The notes: a model not told the origin generated them from the letters alone. A stretch of DNA of 64,000 bases from Burkholderiales bacterium (GCA_035548375.1 DASZTG010000022.1:14232-78231), one strand, 5' to 3'. Shown: positions 54,292 to 63,725, numbered from the stretch's first letter. Numbers and translations are program-made.

Positions 54292-55465
54292 TCGCGGCCT
54301 TCCTGAAAAAGTACGACCCCCGCCACAACGTGAACACGCCGATGGCGACGAAGGCCGCGGCATAGCTGCCGGCAAAGTGGACGATCGCCCAGAATACCGT
54401 CGGCAGGACCACCACGCCGGCATAGGTCATTGCCAACGAAGCGCCGGTGGCGGAACCGGCCGTGCCGGCCGGCGCATTGCGCACGACTTCCGCGAGGAAG
54501 ACGCCGTTCCAGCCGATCGCGCTGGCGCCGAAAATGGCGCTCACCACGAGCAGCAACGCGTACGGCCACGCCGCCGTCATCCCGGCGGTAGCGAAGGCGG
54601 CGACCGCCATGCCCGCACCGAGCATGCCCAGCACCGTACGAGGCGACGCCCATCTGTCCGCGATGATGCCCCACAGGACGCGTCCCACCGTTCCCGCAAG
54701 CATTCCGACGGATAACGCGGCGCCGGCCGTGGCCACCGTCAACCCGACGCGTTCGGTCAGAAACACCACCAGGAAGGATCCCATGCACATTTGCATGCCG
54801 GAATACGAGAACGACGCGAATGCCAGTTCACGCAAGCGGGCGTGAGACATGACGAGCCGGAACGGCTCGAGCAAATGCACGGGCGCCGCGGGCCGTGGCG
54901 CGTGCGGCGCGAGGTCAACCTCCGCGCGATAAGGCTGCACCGCCACCGCAAGCAGGAAACAAGCGGCGCCGGCGATCAGCGCCGCCTCCTTCCACCCCAG
55001 CACGCCTATCAACGCCGGAATCGCCGCTCCCGCCAGCGCGCCGCCGATCGGCACGCCGGTCTGCTTCAGCGAGAAAATGAACGCGCGCATGTTCTGCGGC
55101 GTGCGGTCGGCGAGAATAGCCGAGCTCGACGGCGTGACGACGCCATAGCCGGTGCCCACGACCAGCGCGCCGAGGGCCACGAGCAGTGGATGTGCGCAGG
55201 CGATCAGCGCGATGCCGCTTGCCGCGAGCAGCAGCGACAGCTGGCTCGCCCGCATCGGGCCGAAGCGATTGATATGGTTTCCCGCAGACAGCGCGGTGAA
55301 GGTCGCGGCGAAATAGATCAGCGACGTGACCACGCCGACCGCACTCGCCGGCACGCCGACATCCCCTTGCGCCACCGGCGCCAGCACGGGCGGCGTGTAG
55401 ACCACCAGCGAGACCAGCGCCTGGATGGCCATCGTGACGGTCAATGGCCAGACGACCCCTTTCAT
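54281..55465 (-). CDS. MFS transporter
   Basis: 394-aa ORF, about 12 hydrophobic segments, MFS loop motif (GIIADRWASPR). 11-nt convergent overlap with the hydrolase gene. Confidence 0.85.
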   Translation of the reverse strand: MKGVVWPLTVTMAIQALVSLVVYTPPVLAPVAQGDVGVPASAVGVVTSLIYFAATFTALSAGNHINRFGPMRASQLSLLLAASGIALIACAHPLLVALGALVVGTGYGVVTPSSSAILADRTPQNMRAFIFSLKQTGVPIGGALAGAAIPALIGVLGWKEAALIAGAACFLLAVAVQPYRAEVDLAPHAPRPAAPVHLLEPFRLVMSHARLRELAFASFSYSGMQMCMGSFLVVFLTERVGLTVATAGAALSVGMLAGTVGRVLWGIIADRWASPRTVLGMLGAGMAVAAFATAGMTAAWPYALLLVVSAIFGASAIGWNGVFLAEVVRNAPAGTAGSATGASLAMTYAGVVVLPTVFWAIVHFAGSYAAAFVAIGVFTLWRGSYFFRKAAIST

Positions 55466-55473
55466 CTCAGCCT

Positions 55474-55684
55474 TGAACCACGGAGGACACGGAGAACACG
55501 GAGGAATTCAGGGCACAGAAAATTGAGCGGAGCAAGTAAGCTGGACAATCGTGACCCTTGGTGCCGTGAGCAGCGTGGCCCTGATTTGCATCGGCGAGAT
55601 CACGGCTTGGGCTGAAACCAAAAGGTCATTCTTACTGGCGCCCTCTCGTCTTTTCTCCGTGCACTCCGTGCCCTCCGTGGTTCA
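55474..55684. repeat. Gene-less sibling of the CACGGAG-armed element (MITE-like)
   Basis: Left arm 55474-55506 is tgaaccacggaggacacggagaacacggaggaa. The right arm 55651-55684 is the reverse complement of tgaaccacggagggcacggagtgcacggagaaaa. Same terminal tgaacc and 9-nt CACGGAG units as at 52937/53420, but with only ~144 bp of non-coding core. It fills the metY-MFS spacer almost exactly. Confidence 0.75.
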
Positions 55685-55688
55685 TACC

Positions 55689-56975
55689 TTAGGTTTGAGA
55701 CTGCGACAGCGCCTGGTCGAGATCCCACAGGATATCGTTGACGTCCTCGATGCCGATCGAGAGCCGGATCATGTCGGGGCCGACGCCGGCCTTGATCTGG
55801 TCCTCCTCCGACAACTGGCGATGCGTGGTCGAAGCCGGATGGATGACCAGCGTCTTGGCATCGCCGACGTTGGCAAGGTGGGAGAAGAACTGCAGCGCCT
55901 CGATGAATTTCACACCCGCATCCAGGCCGCCCTTGATGCCGAAGGTCATGATCGAACCGCAGCCCTTGGGCAGATACTTCTTGCCGAGCGCGTGATACTT
56001 GTTGCCGGGCAGGCCGGGATAGTTGACCCAGGACACGCGCGGATGGCCTTCGAGGAATTTCGCGACCGCCATGGCATTCTGGACGTGGCGCTCGACGCGC
56101 ACGTGCAGCGTTTCGAGCCCTTGCAACAGCATCCATGCACTGAGCGGTGACAGCACGGGCCCCAGCGTGCGCATGGTCTCCATGCGGCACTTCATCGTGT
56201 AGCCGAAATCGCCGAAGGTCTCGTGGAAAATCACGCCGTGATAGCCGCGCGAAGGCTCGGTCATCATCGGATACTTGCCGTTGTCCCAGGGAAACTTGCC
56301 GGACTCGACGACGACGCCGCCCATGGTCGTGCCATGGCCGCCGATGAACTTGGTCGCGGAATGCACGACGATGTCCGCGCCGAACTTGATCGGCTGGCAC
56401 AGGTAGGGCGACGCAAACGTGTTGTCGATGACCAGCGGCACGCCGGCTTCCTTTGCAATCTTGGCCACCGCCTGGATGTCGAGCACGTTGATCTGCGGAT
56501 TGCCCATCGTCTCCGCGTAAATCGCTCGGGTCTTCGGCGTGATCGCCTTGCGGAAATTCTCCGGGTCGTCCGAATTCACGAACACCGTGTTGATGCCGAA
56601 CTGCCGGAACGTCACGTCGAACTGCGAATAGGTGCCGCCATAAAGCGTGCTGGACGATACGATCTCGTCGCCGGCACGAAGGATCGTGAGCAGCGCGCAC
56701 ATCTGCGCGGCCTGTCCGGACGAAGCCGCCAGCGACGCGCGCCCGCCTTCCAGCGCGGCCATGCGCTCCTCGAACACGGCGACCGTCGGATTCGAGATCC
56801 TGGAATAGACGTTGCCGAAAGTCTGCAGGTTGAACAGGCTCGCCGCATGCTCGGCCGAGTCGAACACAAAAGATGTGGTCTGGTAGATCGGCACCGCGCG
56901 TGCGCCGGTTGCCGCGTCGGGAATCTGCCCTGCGTGCAGGCACAAGGTGCCGAAGCCGTATTCTCTGTCTGCCAT
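55689..56975 (-). CDS. metY: O-acetylhomoserine aminocarboxypropyltransferase (sulfhydrylase)
   Basis: 428-aa ORF. Cys/Met-metabolism PLP family, PLP-lysine motif HSATKFIGGHGT. Length and N-terminus (…FGTLCLHAGQ.PD..TGARAVPIYQTTSFVF) are typical of MetY/MetY-like enzymes. Confidence 0.93.
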   Translation of the reverse strand: MADREYGFGTLCLHAGQIPDAATGARAVPIYQTTSFVFDSAEHAASLFNLQTFGNVYSRISNPTVAVFEERMAALEGGRASLAASSGQAAQMCALLTILRAGDEIVSSSTLYGGTYSQFDVTFRQFGINTVFVNSDDPENFRKAITPKTRAIYAETMGNPQINVLDIQAVAKIAKEAGVPLVIDNTFASPYLCQPIKFGADIVVHSATKFIGGHGTTMGGVVVESGKFPWDNGKYPMMTEPSRGYHGVIFHETFGDFGYTMKCRMETMRTLGPVLSPLSAWMLLQGLETLHVRVERHVQNAMAVAKFLEGHPRVSWVNYPGLPGNKYHALGKKYLPKGCGSIMTFGIKGGLDAGVKFIEALQFFSHLANVGDAKTLVIHPASTTHRQLSEEDQIKAGVGPDMIRLSIGIEDVNDILWDLDQALSQSQT

Positions 56976-56983
56976 TGGGAATC

Positions 56984-57103
56984 CGTAACTGTCGTGACTA
57001 TCGTGACTGTCGTGACTATCGTAAATATCGTTACTATTTGACTGTGGTCAAGGACGTGAATGTCGTAAATATCGCATTGGTTACGGCAGTCACGACAGTC
57101 ACG
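56984..57103. repeat. 9-bp tandem array (CGTGACTNT-like) with inverted partner arm upstream of metY
   Basis: Six to seven phased 9-mers from 56984 (cgtaactgt cgtgactat cgtgactgt cgtgactat cgtaaatat cgttactat…). 57083-57103 (acggcagtcacgacagtcacg) is the reverse complement of 57002-57022 with 2 mismatches. Internal direct repeat cgtaaatatcg at 57020 and 57064. Central palindrome TTGAC-tgtg-GTCAA at 57038-57051. Confidence 0.75.
57024..57051 (-). promoter_or_regulatory. Candidate sigma70 promoter for metY inside the repeat element
   Basis: Minus strand TTGACC-N16-GATATT. This would place the 9-mer array in the metY 5' UTR. Pattern only. Confidence 0.3.
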
Positions 57104-57118
57104 TCTTTTCCGTCACGC

Positions 57119-57147
57119 ATATTGAGGTCGCCTCGCGACCTCAATAT
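57119..57147 (-). terminator. Perfect 13-bp hairpin spanning the stop codon of the CoA-binding protein gene
   Basis: atattgaggtcgc-ctc-gcgacctcaatat. The stop codon (57141-57143) lies inside the 3' arm on the plus strand. No U-run follows, so the terminator function is uncertain. Confidence 0.4.
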
Positions 57148-57620
57148 GGCAACCACGTCGGGCGTTTCGCGGAAATGACCTTGGTGTTGACGCCAACCCA
57201 GTTGAGCCCGCCGAACAACCGCCCATGCTCGATTTTCACGCAGCGATCCTGCACCACTTCGAGGCCTGCCTTGCGCGCCTTGTCCGCGGCCTTTTCGTTC
57301 ATGACGCCGAGCTGCATCCATAGCACTTTCGCGCCGATGGCAATGGCGTCGTCGGCGATCGGCTCGATCTCGCTGCTCTTGCGGAAGCAATCGACGATGT
57401 CGACTTTCTCCGGAATGTCCTTCAGCGACTTGTAGCATTTCTCGCCGAGGATTTCCGGATAGGACGGGTTCACCGGAATGACGCGGTAGCCGTGCTCCTG
57501 CATGTACTTTGCGGCGAAGAAGCTCGGCCGGAACCAGTTCGCGGACAACCCGACCACCGCGATGGTCTTGTACTGGCGGAGCATGCGGCGCAGGGCGTTG
57601 ATATCGGTGGAATCGCTCAT
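57141..57620 (-). CDS. CoA-binding domain protein (YccU-like)
   Basis: 159 aa from MSDSTDINALRRMLRQYKTIAVVGLS…RPS…YM…GY.VIPVNP (CoA_binding_2 pattern). The upstream 20 codons of the track ORF were not needed. Confidence 0.85.
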   Translation of the reverse strand: MSDSTDINALRRMLRQYKTIAVVGLSANWFRPSFFAAKYMQEHGYRVIPVNPSYPEILGEKCYKSLKDIPEKVDIVDCFRKSSEIEPIADDAIAIGAKVLWMQLGVMNEKAADKARKAGLEVVQDRCVKIEHGRLFGGLNWVGVNTKVISAKRPTWLPY

Positions 57621-57704
57621 GACGGATTGCCGGAAAAGATGCGATGCAAGGGATCGAAGTTTATCACCGGCGCATGGCACGCCGGAAGCGGCGCTTGCCG
57701 TGCT

Positions 57705-58727
57705 TCAGCCGGCCTTGAGTATTGCGTGCCGCTTTTCTTCAGGGAGCTTGCCGAGCTTTTTCACGGCTTCATAGAAGCGGTGGAAGTCGCCACCGTTTTC
57801 CGCGAGCAGATGCCGGAATCCGGGAACCAGCTCCGAATAAGTCGCCACCGGCACAAGGTGAGCGTTATTCAAGTCATCCGAGAAGAAACGGTCGTAGCCC
57901 GAATAGCCGCCCCATGAGGCCTTGATCGTTTGGTATTCGGCTTTCAGCGCGGCGAACGTCTCGACTTTCTTGCGCCGTTTTTCTTCATCCGGAATGGGCA
58001 ACGCATAAACCCTTCCCAGCTCCGCGCGGTACTTCATGACGAGTTCGATGAAGCCGTTCTTGCGGTCCTCGTAGGCATCGTAGGCGGCGCGCTGCGTGGC
58101 GTTACCGTTCTGGCCGAGCCAGCGATCGACGCCCTCCTGCTCCACGGCCGTCGCGAACGATTCGTTGAACATCGTATCGCCGCCGACGTAGCAGACCTGG
58201 TGCGCAAGCTCGTGAAAGATCGTGCGCGCGATTTCCGCATCCGGGTAGCGCACCATGGTGTTGAGCACGGGATCGTCGAACCACCCCAGTGTCGAATAGG
58301 CCGGAATGCCCGCGACGAACACGTCAAGTCCCTTGCGCCGCAACCCTTCGGCGAATTGCTCCGCGCCGGCCTGGTTGAAATAGCCGCGATAGCCGACGCA
58401 ACCCGCGAACGGGAAGCACCACTCCTGCGGCGCGATCGAGAATTCGCTGGCCGCGAACACGTTCCAGACCACGTATGGGCGCTGCAGGTCGGCGTACTTG
58501 CGATAGCTGCCGTTGTCCGGCAAATCCAGCTGCGTCGACGCGAAATCGCGCACGCGCACGACTAGTTCCAGGCGTTCCTTTACCGCGAGTGGCGTGGTCG
58601 CATCGTCGATGACCTGCTTGATCGGGCGACTGCGATTCCAGATCTGCATCTGGCCCTCGGCTGCCTGGTAGTAATAGCAACCGCCCAGCACAGGCAGCAA
58701 CATGCCGACGGCCAGCCAGCGCTTCAT
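57705..58727 (-). CDS. Putative aminopeptidase lipoprotein (DUF2265/Aminopep family), HExxH zinc motif
   Basis: Start set at MKRWLAVGMLLPVLGGC (lipobox LGGC). HELAH motif (IFHELAHQ). ATGA overlap with the upstream gene. Confidence 0.8.
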   Translation of the reverse strand: MKRWLAVGMLLPVLGGCYYYQAAEGQMQIWNRSRPIKQVIDDATTPLAVKERLELVVRVRDFASTQLDLPDNGSYRKYADLQRPYVVWNVFAASEFSIAPQEWCFPFAGCVGYRGYFNQAGAEQFAEGLRRKGLDVFVAGIPAYSTLGWFDDPVLNTMVRYPDAEIARTIFHELAHQVCYVGGDTMFNESFATAVEQEGVDRWLGQNGNATQRAAYDAYEDRKNGFIELVMKYRAELGRVYALPIPDEEKRRKKVETFAALKAEYQTIKASWGGYSGYDRFFSDDLNNAHLVPVATYSELVPGFRHLLAENGGDFHRFYEAVKKLGKLPEEKRHAILKAG

Positions 58728-59341
58728 TGAAAACTCCCCTTGCGCAGGAAGGCACACACGGCGCGACCCACTTCCGGCGACACGAGCATGCCGCTGTGGC
58801 TCACGTGCACCACGATCGAATCGCTGGCGCCCGGCACCTTCGTCTCGTCGAGCATGACCACGCCGTCGTTCGGCGGTGGCAACGCGACGAGGAATCGACC
58901 CAGCCCGAACGAGATATCGCCCGCGACGACCCCAAGCTCCACACCTTGGGGCACGCCAGGGCGCGCGCCCCCCATCCAGTCGGCGATGGACAATCCCATC
59001 ATGCCGCCTGCACCGGCAAAACGCGCGAAGCCGCGTGCCGAGGCGATATCGGCATACGGGCTTCCAAGCAGCACCACACGTTTTGCTTTTATGTCTGCAT
59101 GCTGGTTCAGCATGGACAGGATGACGAGGCCGCCCAGGCTGTGGCCGACGAGGTTTATCTCCGCGCCGACATGCCTGCAGCGCTCCGCGAGTGCCCTGGC
59201 GTTTTCGCTGAGGCCGCGCTTGACCGACCGATAACCGAAGCGCGTGACGTCGAACCCGGCGCGCTGGATCCGGTTGGCCAGCGGCAGCATGGCCAGCGCG
59301 TTCATCCAGAGCCCATGGACCAGGACGACCGGCTCAGCCAT
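58724..59341 (-). CDS. Alpha/beta hydrolase, lipase/esterase-like
   Basis: 205-aa ORF. VVLVHGLW oxyanion region, nucleophile elbow GHSLGG, C-terminal His (HVSHSGM). Confidence 0.75.
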   Translation of the reverse strand: MAEPVVLVHGLWMNALAMLPLANRIQRAGFDVTRFGYRSVKRGLSENARALAERCRHVGAEINLVGHSLGGLVILSMLNQHADIKAKRVVLLGSPYADIASARGFARFAGAGGMMGLSIADWMGGARPGVPQGVELGVVAGDISFGLGRFLVALPPPNDGVVMLDETKVPGASDSIVVHVSHSGMLVSPEVGRAVCAFLRKGSFQ

Positions 59342-60278
59342 CGCGCGGCGAATCCGCCTTGAGCGCAGCGAGCGCAGTGCCGAGCATGCGTGCGTAGCGT
59401 GCCCTCTCGGCTGCGATGCGCTCCGCCGGCCATGGCCAGAATCCCTGGCCGGTTTTCATGCCCAACTCGTTGCGCTTCACTTTTTCGGCCAGGACCGGCG
59501 GCGGCCTGTCGTCGTTGCAAAGATCCGGAAACACGGAACTCGATGCCGCGAAATTGACGTCAAGCCCGGAATGTTCCTTCTGCAGCACCGGACCGGCTGC
59601 GAGATAGCGCATGCCGAAGCCGAAACGTACGGCCTTGTCCACATCGTCCGGCGAGGCGATGCCGCGATCGATCAGCGACCAGGCCTCGCGCATCAGCGCA
59701 TGCTGCAGGCGATTCGCGAGGAAACCGGGGATGTCGCGTTTCACCATCACGTGCATGCAGTCCAGCGTTTCCATGAATTGCCCGATCCGCGCGGCCAAGG
59801 CAACGTCCGTTTTCTCGGAGCACACCACTTCCACCAGCGGCACGAGATGGGCGGGCATGAAGAAGTGTAGGCCGAGCATGCGGGACTGCGTTTTCAGCCC
59901 TTCGCCGATGCGGCTGATCGGGAAACTGGAGGAATTGCTCGTCAGCGGCGTGGAGGACGACGCGTGCCTCTCCAGGTCGGCAAATATCTTCTGCTTGAGC
60001 GCCAAATCCTCGTTGACCGATTCGATCACGAGGCCGACGCCCTGCCACGGCAACGACGCCAGGTCCGATGAAACATGGATCGCGCCGCGGGGACCCTTCG
60101 TTCCCGCGATCTGTTCGCACGAGCGGAGGATTCTCTCGCGCACGGTCTCGAGGTTCTTGCCAGGACGGCTGACGACATGCACGTCGACTCCGCGGGCGAC
60201 GAAGATGGCTGCGATGTCGGTGCTCATGGTCCCGGCGCCGATCAGCGCAACAGTGCTTATGGGGTCGGTGGAAGGCAT
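59334..60278 (-). CDS. 3-hydroxyacyl-CoA dehydrogenase family protein
   Basis: Rossmann motif VALIGAGTMS shortly after the Met at 60278. HCDH NAD-binding and C-terminal domains (…HFFMPAHLVPLVEV…). In-frame ATGs at 60338 and 60371 are alternatives. 60278 leaves a more plausible divergent spacer. Confidence 0.78.
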   Translation of the reverse strand: MPSTDPISTVALIGAGTMSTDIAAIFVARGVDVHVVSRPGKNLETVRERILRSCEQIAGTKGPRGAIHVSSDLASLPWQGVGLVIESVNEDLALKQKIFADLERHASSSTPLTSNSSSFPISRIGEGLKTQSRMLGLHFFMPAHLVPLVEVVCSEKTDVALAARIGQFMETLDCMHVMVKRDIPGFLANRLQHALMREAWSLIDRGIASPDDVDKAVRFGFGMRYLAAGPVLQKEHSGLDVNFAASSSVFPDLCNDDRPPPVLAEKVKRNELGMKTGQGFWPWPAERIAAERARYARMLGTALAALKADSPRDG

Positions 60279-60388
60279 GGCGTCTATAAACCTCGTGGCT
60301 ATGCGTACGGCGGCGGCGCGTGCAGAAGGATTGGACATTATAGGAGAGCAGCGCAGTGTTAAACTCGGCACGCATCCACAGGAACGTC

Positions 60389-61126
60389 ATGCCCTTCCCC
60401 CTCGAAACCCTGATCGCCGTGCCGCTGATCGGGTTGCTCGCCTACATCATTCTCGGCATCTCCGGTTTCGGCTCCGCGCTGGTCACGATTCCGCTGCTCG
60501 TGCATTTCCTGCCGCTGCAGTCGGTGGTGCCGCTGGTCGTGACCGTGGATTTCCTGGCGACGGTTTCGAATGGATTGAGATTCCGCGAACACGTGGAAGT
60601 TTCGGAGCTCAAGCTCGTCATACCGTCGGTCATCGTTGGAATCCTCTCCGGTGTGACGCTACTGGCCACGCTACCCAAGCACGCGGCGCTCATCCTGCTG
60701 GGTGTATTCGTGACCGGCTATGGAATCTATCGGCTCGCGACCCGGCCTTCGACGAAGCCGGTGTCGCGCTGGTGGGGCATACCCACGGGCCTGATCGGCG
60801 GATTGATCGGCGGCCTGTTCGGCGTCGGCGGCCCGATCTACGCTACATATATGTCGGCACGCATACACGATCCCGCCAGGATGCGCGCGACGCTGTCTGC
60901 GGTCTTTTCCTTCAGCACCGGGCTGCGCCTGGTCGTGTATCTGCTTTCCGGTTTGCTGTTGCAGCCGGAAATCTGGTGGGCCTTCCTGCTGCTGGTTCCG
61001 GCCATGCCGATCGGCCTCGCGATAGGCCACCGGCTGCACACGAAGCTCACGCGCGACCAGGTCGGACGCTTCATCAGCGTCCTGCTGGTCGTCAGCGGCG
61101 TGTCGCTGCTATGGAAGGCACTCTGA
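60389..61126 (+). CDS. TauE/SafE-family sulfite/anion exporter
   Basis: 245 aa from MPFPLETLI…. About 7-8 hydrophobic segments with G-rich motifs (GISGFGSALV, GGLFGVGGPIY) typical of TauE/SafE. Confidence 0.83.
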   Translation: MPFPLETLIAVPLIGLLAYIILGISGFGSALVTIPLLVHFLPLQSVVPLVVTVDFLATVSNGLRFREHVEVSELKLVIPSVIVGILSGVTLLATLPKHAALILLGVFVTGYGIYRLATRPSTKPVSRWWGIPTGLIGGLIGGLFGVGGPIYATYMSARIHDPARMRATLSAVFSFSTGLRLVVYLLSGLLLQPEIWWAFLLLVPAMPIGLAIGHRLHTKLTRDQVGRFISVLLVVSGVSLLWKAL

Positions 61127-61199
61127 AGCGCGCAACGCGCGCACAAATGTGGGCTGAGGCCTTAAGCCCCACGCCTCACTCCCTCCGCCTCACCGTCTT

Positions 61200-62435
61200 T
61201 TACGGCCTCTCCATCTTGCAGGTCGTCGGCAGGATGTTGTCCTTCGCCTCGATGCGAGTATCGACGCGCCAGCCATAACCGGTCTCGTCGGCTTCGTACT
61301 TCACGCCCTTGCCTACCTTCGCGAAAGTCGCCACGAACATCGGCTCGGTGATCTGGTGGTCGTCGGCGCGCATCCACGCTTCGCCGACGCCGGCGTCGTA
61401 GCGCATGCCTTCCAGCGCCCTGGCGACCTTGATCGGATCGGCTGATCCTGCCTTGTCGATCGCCTTCGCCCACATGTCGATTGCGTACTTGATCGGCAGG
61501 AAGCCCCAATCCTCCTTATAGCGCGCCTTGTATTCCAGGTAGCTCTTTTCAAGCGGCGCGCCGGGCAGGTTGGGAAACCAGCTTGCGACGGTCTTCACGC
61601 GATCGGCGCCGGCGGCGCCGAAAGCCTTGGGCGTGCCGATCAGGTAGGCATAGTTCGTATAAAAGGTTGCGTTCAGTCCCGCTTCCTCGGCCGACTTGAT
61701 CAGCAGGGCGAGGTCGCTGCCCCAATTGCCCGAGAGCACCGTGTCGGCGCCGCTCGATTTGATCTTCGCAACGTAGGGGGAGAAATCCTTTACCTTGCCG
61801 GTCGGATGCAGCTCGTCGCCGACGATCTGGATGTCCGGTCGCTTTTTCGCGAGCATTTCCTTAGCCAGGCGCGTCACGGATTGGCCATACGCATAGTCCT
61901 GGTTGATCAGGTAGACCTTGCTCGCTCCCTTTTCCTTCGCGATCGCGGAAGTCAGGGCGTCGACCTTCATGTCGACGTTTCCGTCGAAGCGGAAATGCCA
62001 GAAGTTGCATTTCTCATTGGTCAGCGCCGAATCGATGGCGGCATGGTTGAGGTACAGCACCTCGTTGCCTGGATTGCGCTGGTTGTACTTGAGCACGCCA
62101 TCCGTCAGCGCATGGCCGACGTGGGACCCGTTGCCCTGCGTGACGAAATGCACGCCCAGGTCGATCGCCTTTTGCAGCGCGACCAAGCTCTCCTGCGGGC
62201 TCGATTTGTTGTCGAGCTCGATCATCTCGAGCTTGACGCCGCCGAGCACGCCGCCGCGCGCGTTGATCTCGTCGATCGCCGCCTGGATGTGGCGACTGCC
62301 GGATTCACCTTGCAGGGCAAACGGGCCACTGAGCGGATCGATGTGGGCGATCTTGATGGTGTCCGCCGCAAATAAATTCGCGGCGGATGCAAAGGCGCCG
62401 GCCGCAAGCAGCCGGACCAGAGTAGTTCGAAGCAT
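61200..62435 (-). CDS. ABC transporter substrate-binding protein, branched-chain amino acid (LivK/Peripla_BP_6) type
   Basis: Start set at MLRTTLVRLLAAGAFASAANLFA (signal peptide) with GGAGGAG Shine-Dalgarno sequence. Mature N-terminus DTIKIAHIDPLSGPFA is typical of the family. Confidence 0.88.
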   Translation of the reverse strand: MLRTTLVRLLAAGAFASAANLFAADTIKIAHIDPLSGPFALQGESGSRHIQAAIDEINARGGVLGGVKLEMIELDNKSSPQESLVALQKAIDLGVHFVTQGNGSHVGHALTDGVLKYNQRNPGNEVLYLNHAAIDSALTNEKCNFWHFRFDGNVDMKVDALTSAIAKEKGASKVYLINQDYAYGQSVTRLAKEMLAKKRPDIQIVGDELHPTGKVKDFSPYVAKIKSSGADTVLSGNWGSDLALLIKSAEEAGLNATFYTNYAYLIGTPKAFGAAGADRVKTVASWFPNLPGAPLEKSYLEYKARYKEDWGFLPIKYAIDMWAKAIDKAGSADPIKVARALEGMRYDAGVGEAWMRADDHQITEPMFVATFAKVGKGVKYEADETGYGWRVDTRIEAKDNILPTTCKMERP

Positions 62436-62564
62436 TGCCTTCTCCTCCTCGTCCAGGTTTTGAAACCCCGATCTACGCCGGGGTTTTGCGGTGCCGCATC
62501 CGCCGGCTGACATATCAGTCGGCGAAGGCAGCATACACCCGCAGAAGACAGCCAGGCGAAGGCG

Positions 62565-63725
62565 TCAACGCAGCGGCCGGAAGAACTCCCTGATCTCGCT
62601 GGCCAGCAATTCCGGCTGCTCGAGCGCCGCGAAGTGGCCGCCCTTTGGCATCTTCGACCAGCGGCGGATGTCGGAATACATCGATTGCGCCAGCGAGCGT
62701 GGCGGACGCAGGATCTCCCTCGGGAATTCCGCATATCCCATCGGCACCTTGATCGTCGCACCGTCGGGAATGGGCCACGGACCGTGCATGCGCGCGTAAT
62801 ACGGCCAGAATGAGGAGCCGATCGCACCCGTCACCCAGTAGAGCATGATGTCGGTGAGTATTTCATCCCGGCCAAGATAGGCATCGAGATCGCCGCCGTG
62901 ATCGCTCCAGGTGTGGAATTTCTCGACGATCCACGCGGCCAGTCCAACCGGGGAATCGGTCAGCGCAAAAGCCAAGGTCTGCGGCTTCGTGCCCTGGATC
63001 CAGGTATAGCCGACTTCTTCCTTCATCCAGTGCGCGCGCTCGTCGAAGTATTTCTTCTCCTCGGGCGTCGGCGCGGCCGGCATCGGCGTGTCGCGCCGCA
63101 GGCTCAACAGGTTAACGTGGATCCCCGCGAGCTTTTCGGGATGGGCGTAGCCGAGTCGTGAAGTCACGAACCCGCCCCAGTCGCCACCCTGCGCCGCGAA
63201 TCGCTCGTAGCCCAGCACGTTGCTCATGAGTTCGGCGAAGGTGTCCGCTATCTGCTCCACCGAGAAGCGCGGCTGGTTCGGCGCGAACGAAAACACGTAG
63301 CCCGGCAGCGAGGGCGCGATGACGGTGAACGCATCCGCGGGATCGCCGCCGAATCTTGCCGGATCGGTCAGCATCGGCAGGATCTTGTGGAACTCATGCA
63401 CCGAGCCCGGCCATCCGTGCGAGATCAGCAACGGCATGGGCTTCGGACCCTTGCCCTCCTCGTGGATGTAGTGGACATCGATGCCCGAGAGCTTCACCGT
63501 GAATTGGCGAAAGCCGTTAAGCTTGGCTTCATGCCGGCGCCAGTCGTATTCATCCTTCCAATACGAGACCAGCGACTTGAGGTAAGGCAGGTCGGTGCCG
63601 TATTTCCAGTTGTTACCCGGAACCTCGTCGGGCCAGCGCACCGCGGCAAGCCTGGCCTTGAGGTCGGCCAGGACCGCATCGCTCACATGCAGGGAAAACG
63701 GCGTCGGTTTCGCGTGCATTTGCAT
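62565..63725 (-). CDS. Epoxide hydrolase (EHN N-terminal domain plus alpha/beta hydrolase)
   Basis: Start set at MQMHAKPTPFSLHVSDAVLADLKARL…RWPDE (EHN domain). HGWPGS oxyanion motif, GGDWGG nucleophile motif, C-terminal GGHFAALEQPE. Confidence 0.85.
   Translation of the reverse strand: MQMHAKPTPFSLHVSDAVLADLKARLAAVRWPDEVPGNNWKYGTDLPYLKSLVSYWKDEYDWRRHEAKLNGFRQFTVKLSGIDVHYIHEEGKGPKPMPLLISHGWPGSVHEFHKILPMLTDPARFGGDPADAFTVIAPSLPGYVFSFAPNQPRFSVEQIADTFAELMSNVLGYERFAAQGGDWGGFVTSRLGYAHPEKLAGIHVNLLSLRRDTPMPAAPTPEEKKYFDERAHWMKEEVGYTWIQGTKPQTLAFALTDSPVGLAAWIVEKFHTWSDHGGDLDAYLGRDEILTDIMLYWVTGAIGSSFWPYYARMHGPWPIPDGATIKVPMGYAEFPREILRPPRSLAQSMYSDIRRWSKMPKGGHFAALEQPELLASEIREFFRPLR

Noticed and set aside
55551-56150. 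199-aa plus-strand ORF starting inside the gene-less inverted-repeat element
   Set aside because: Most of it is antisense to metY, it has no motifs, and its start is inside non-coding repeat sequence.
56223-57178. ORFs translating the 9-mer array as repetitive peptides (…VTVVTIVTVVTIVNIVTI…, 56223-57041 and 56873-57178)
   Set aside because: They are antisense to metY for most of their length. The repetitive peptide is just the translation of the intergenic 9-bp array.
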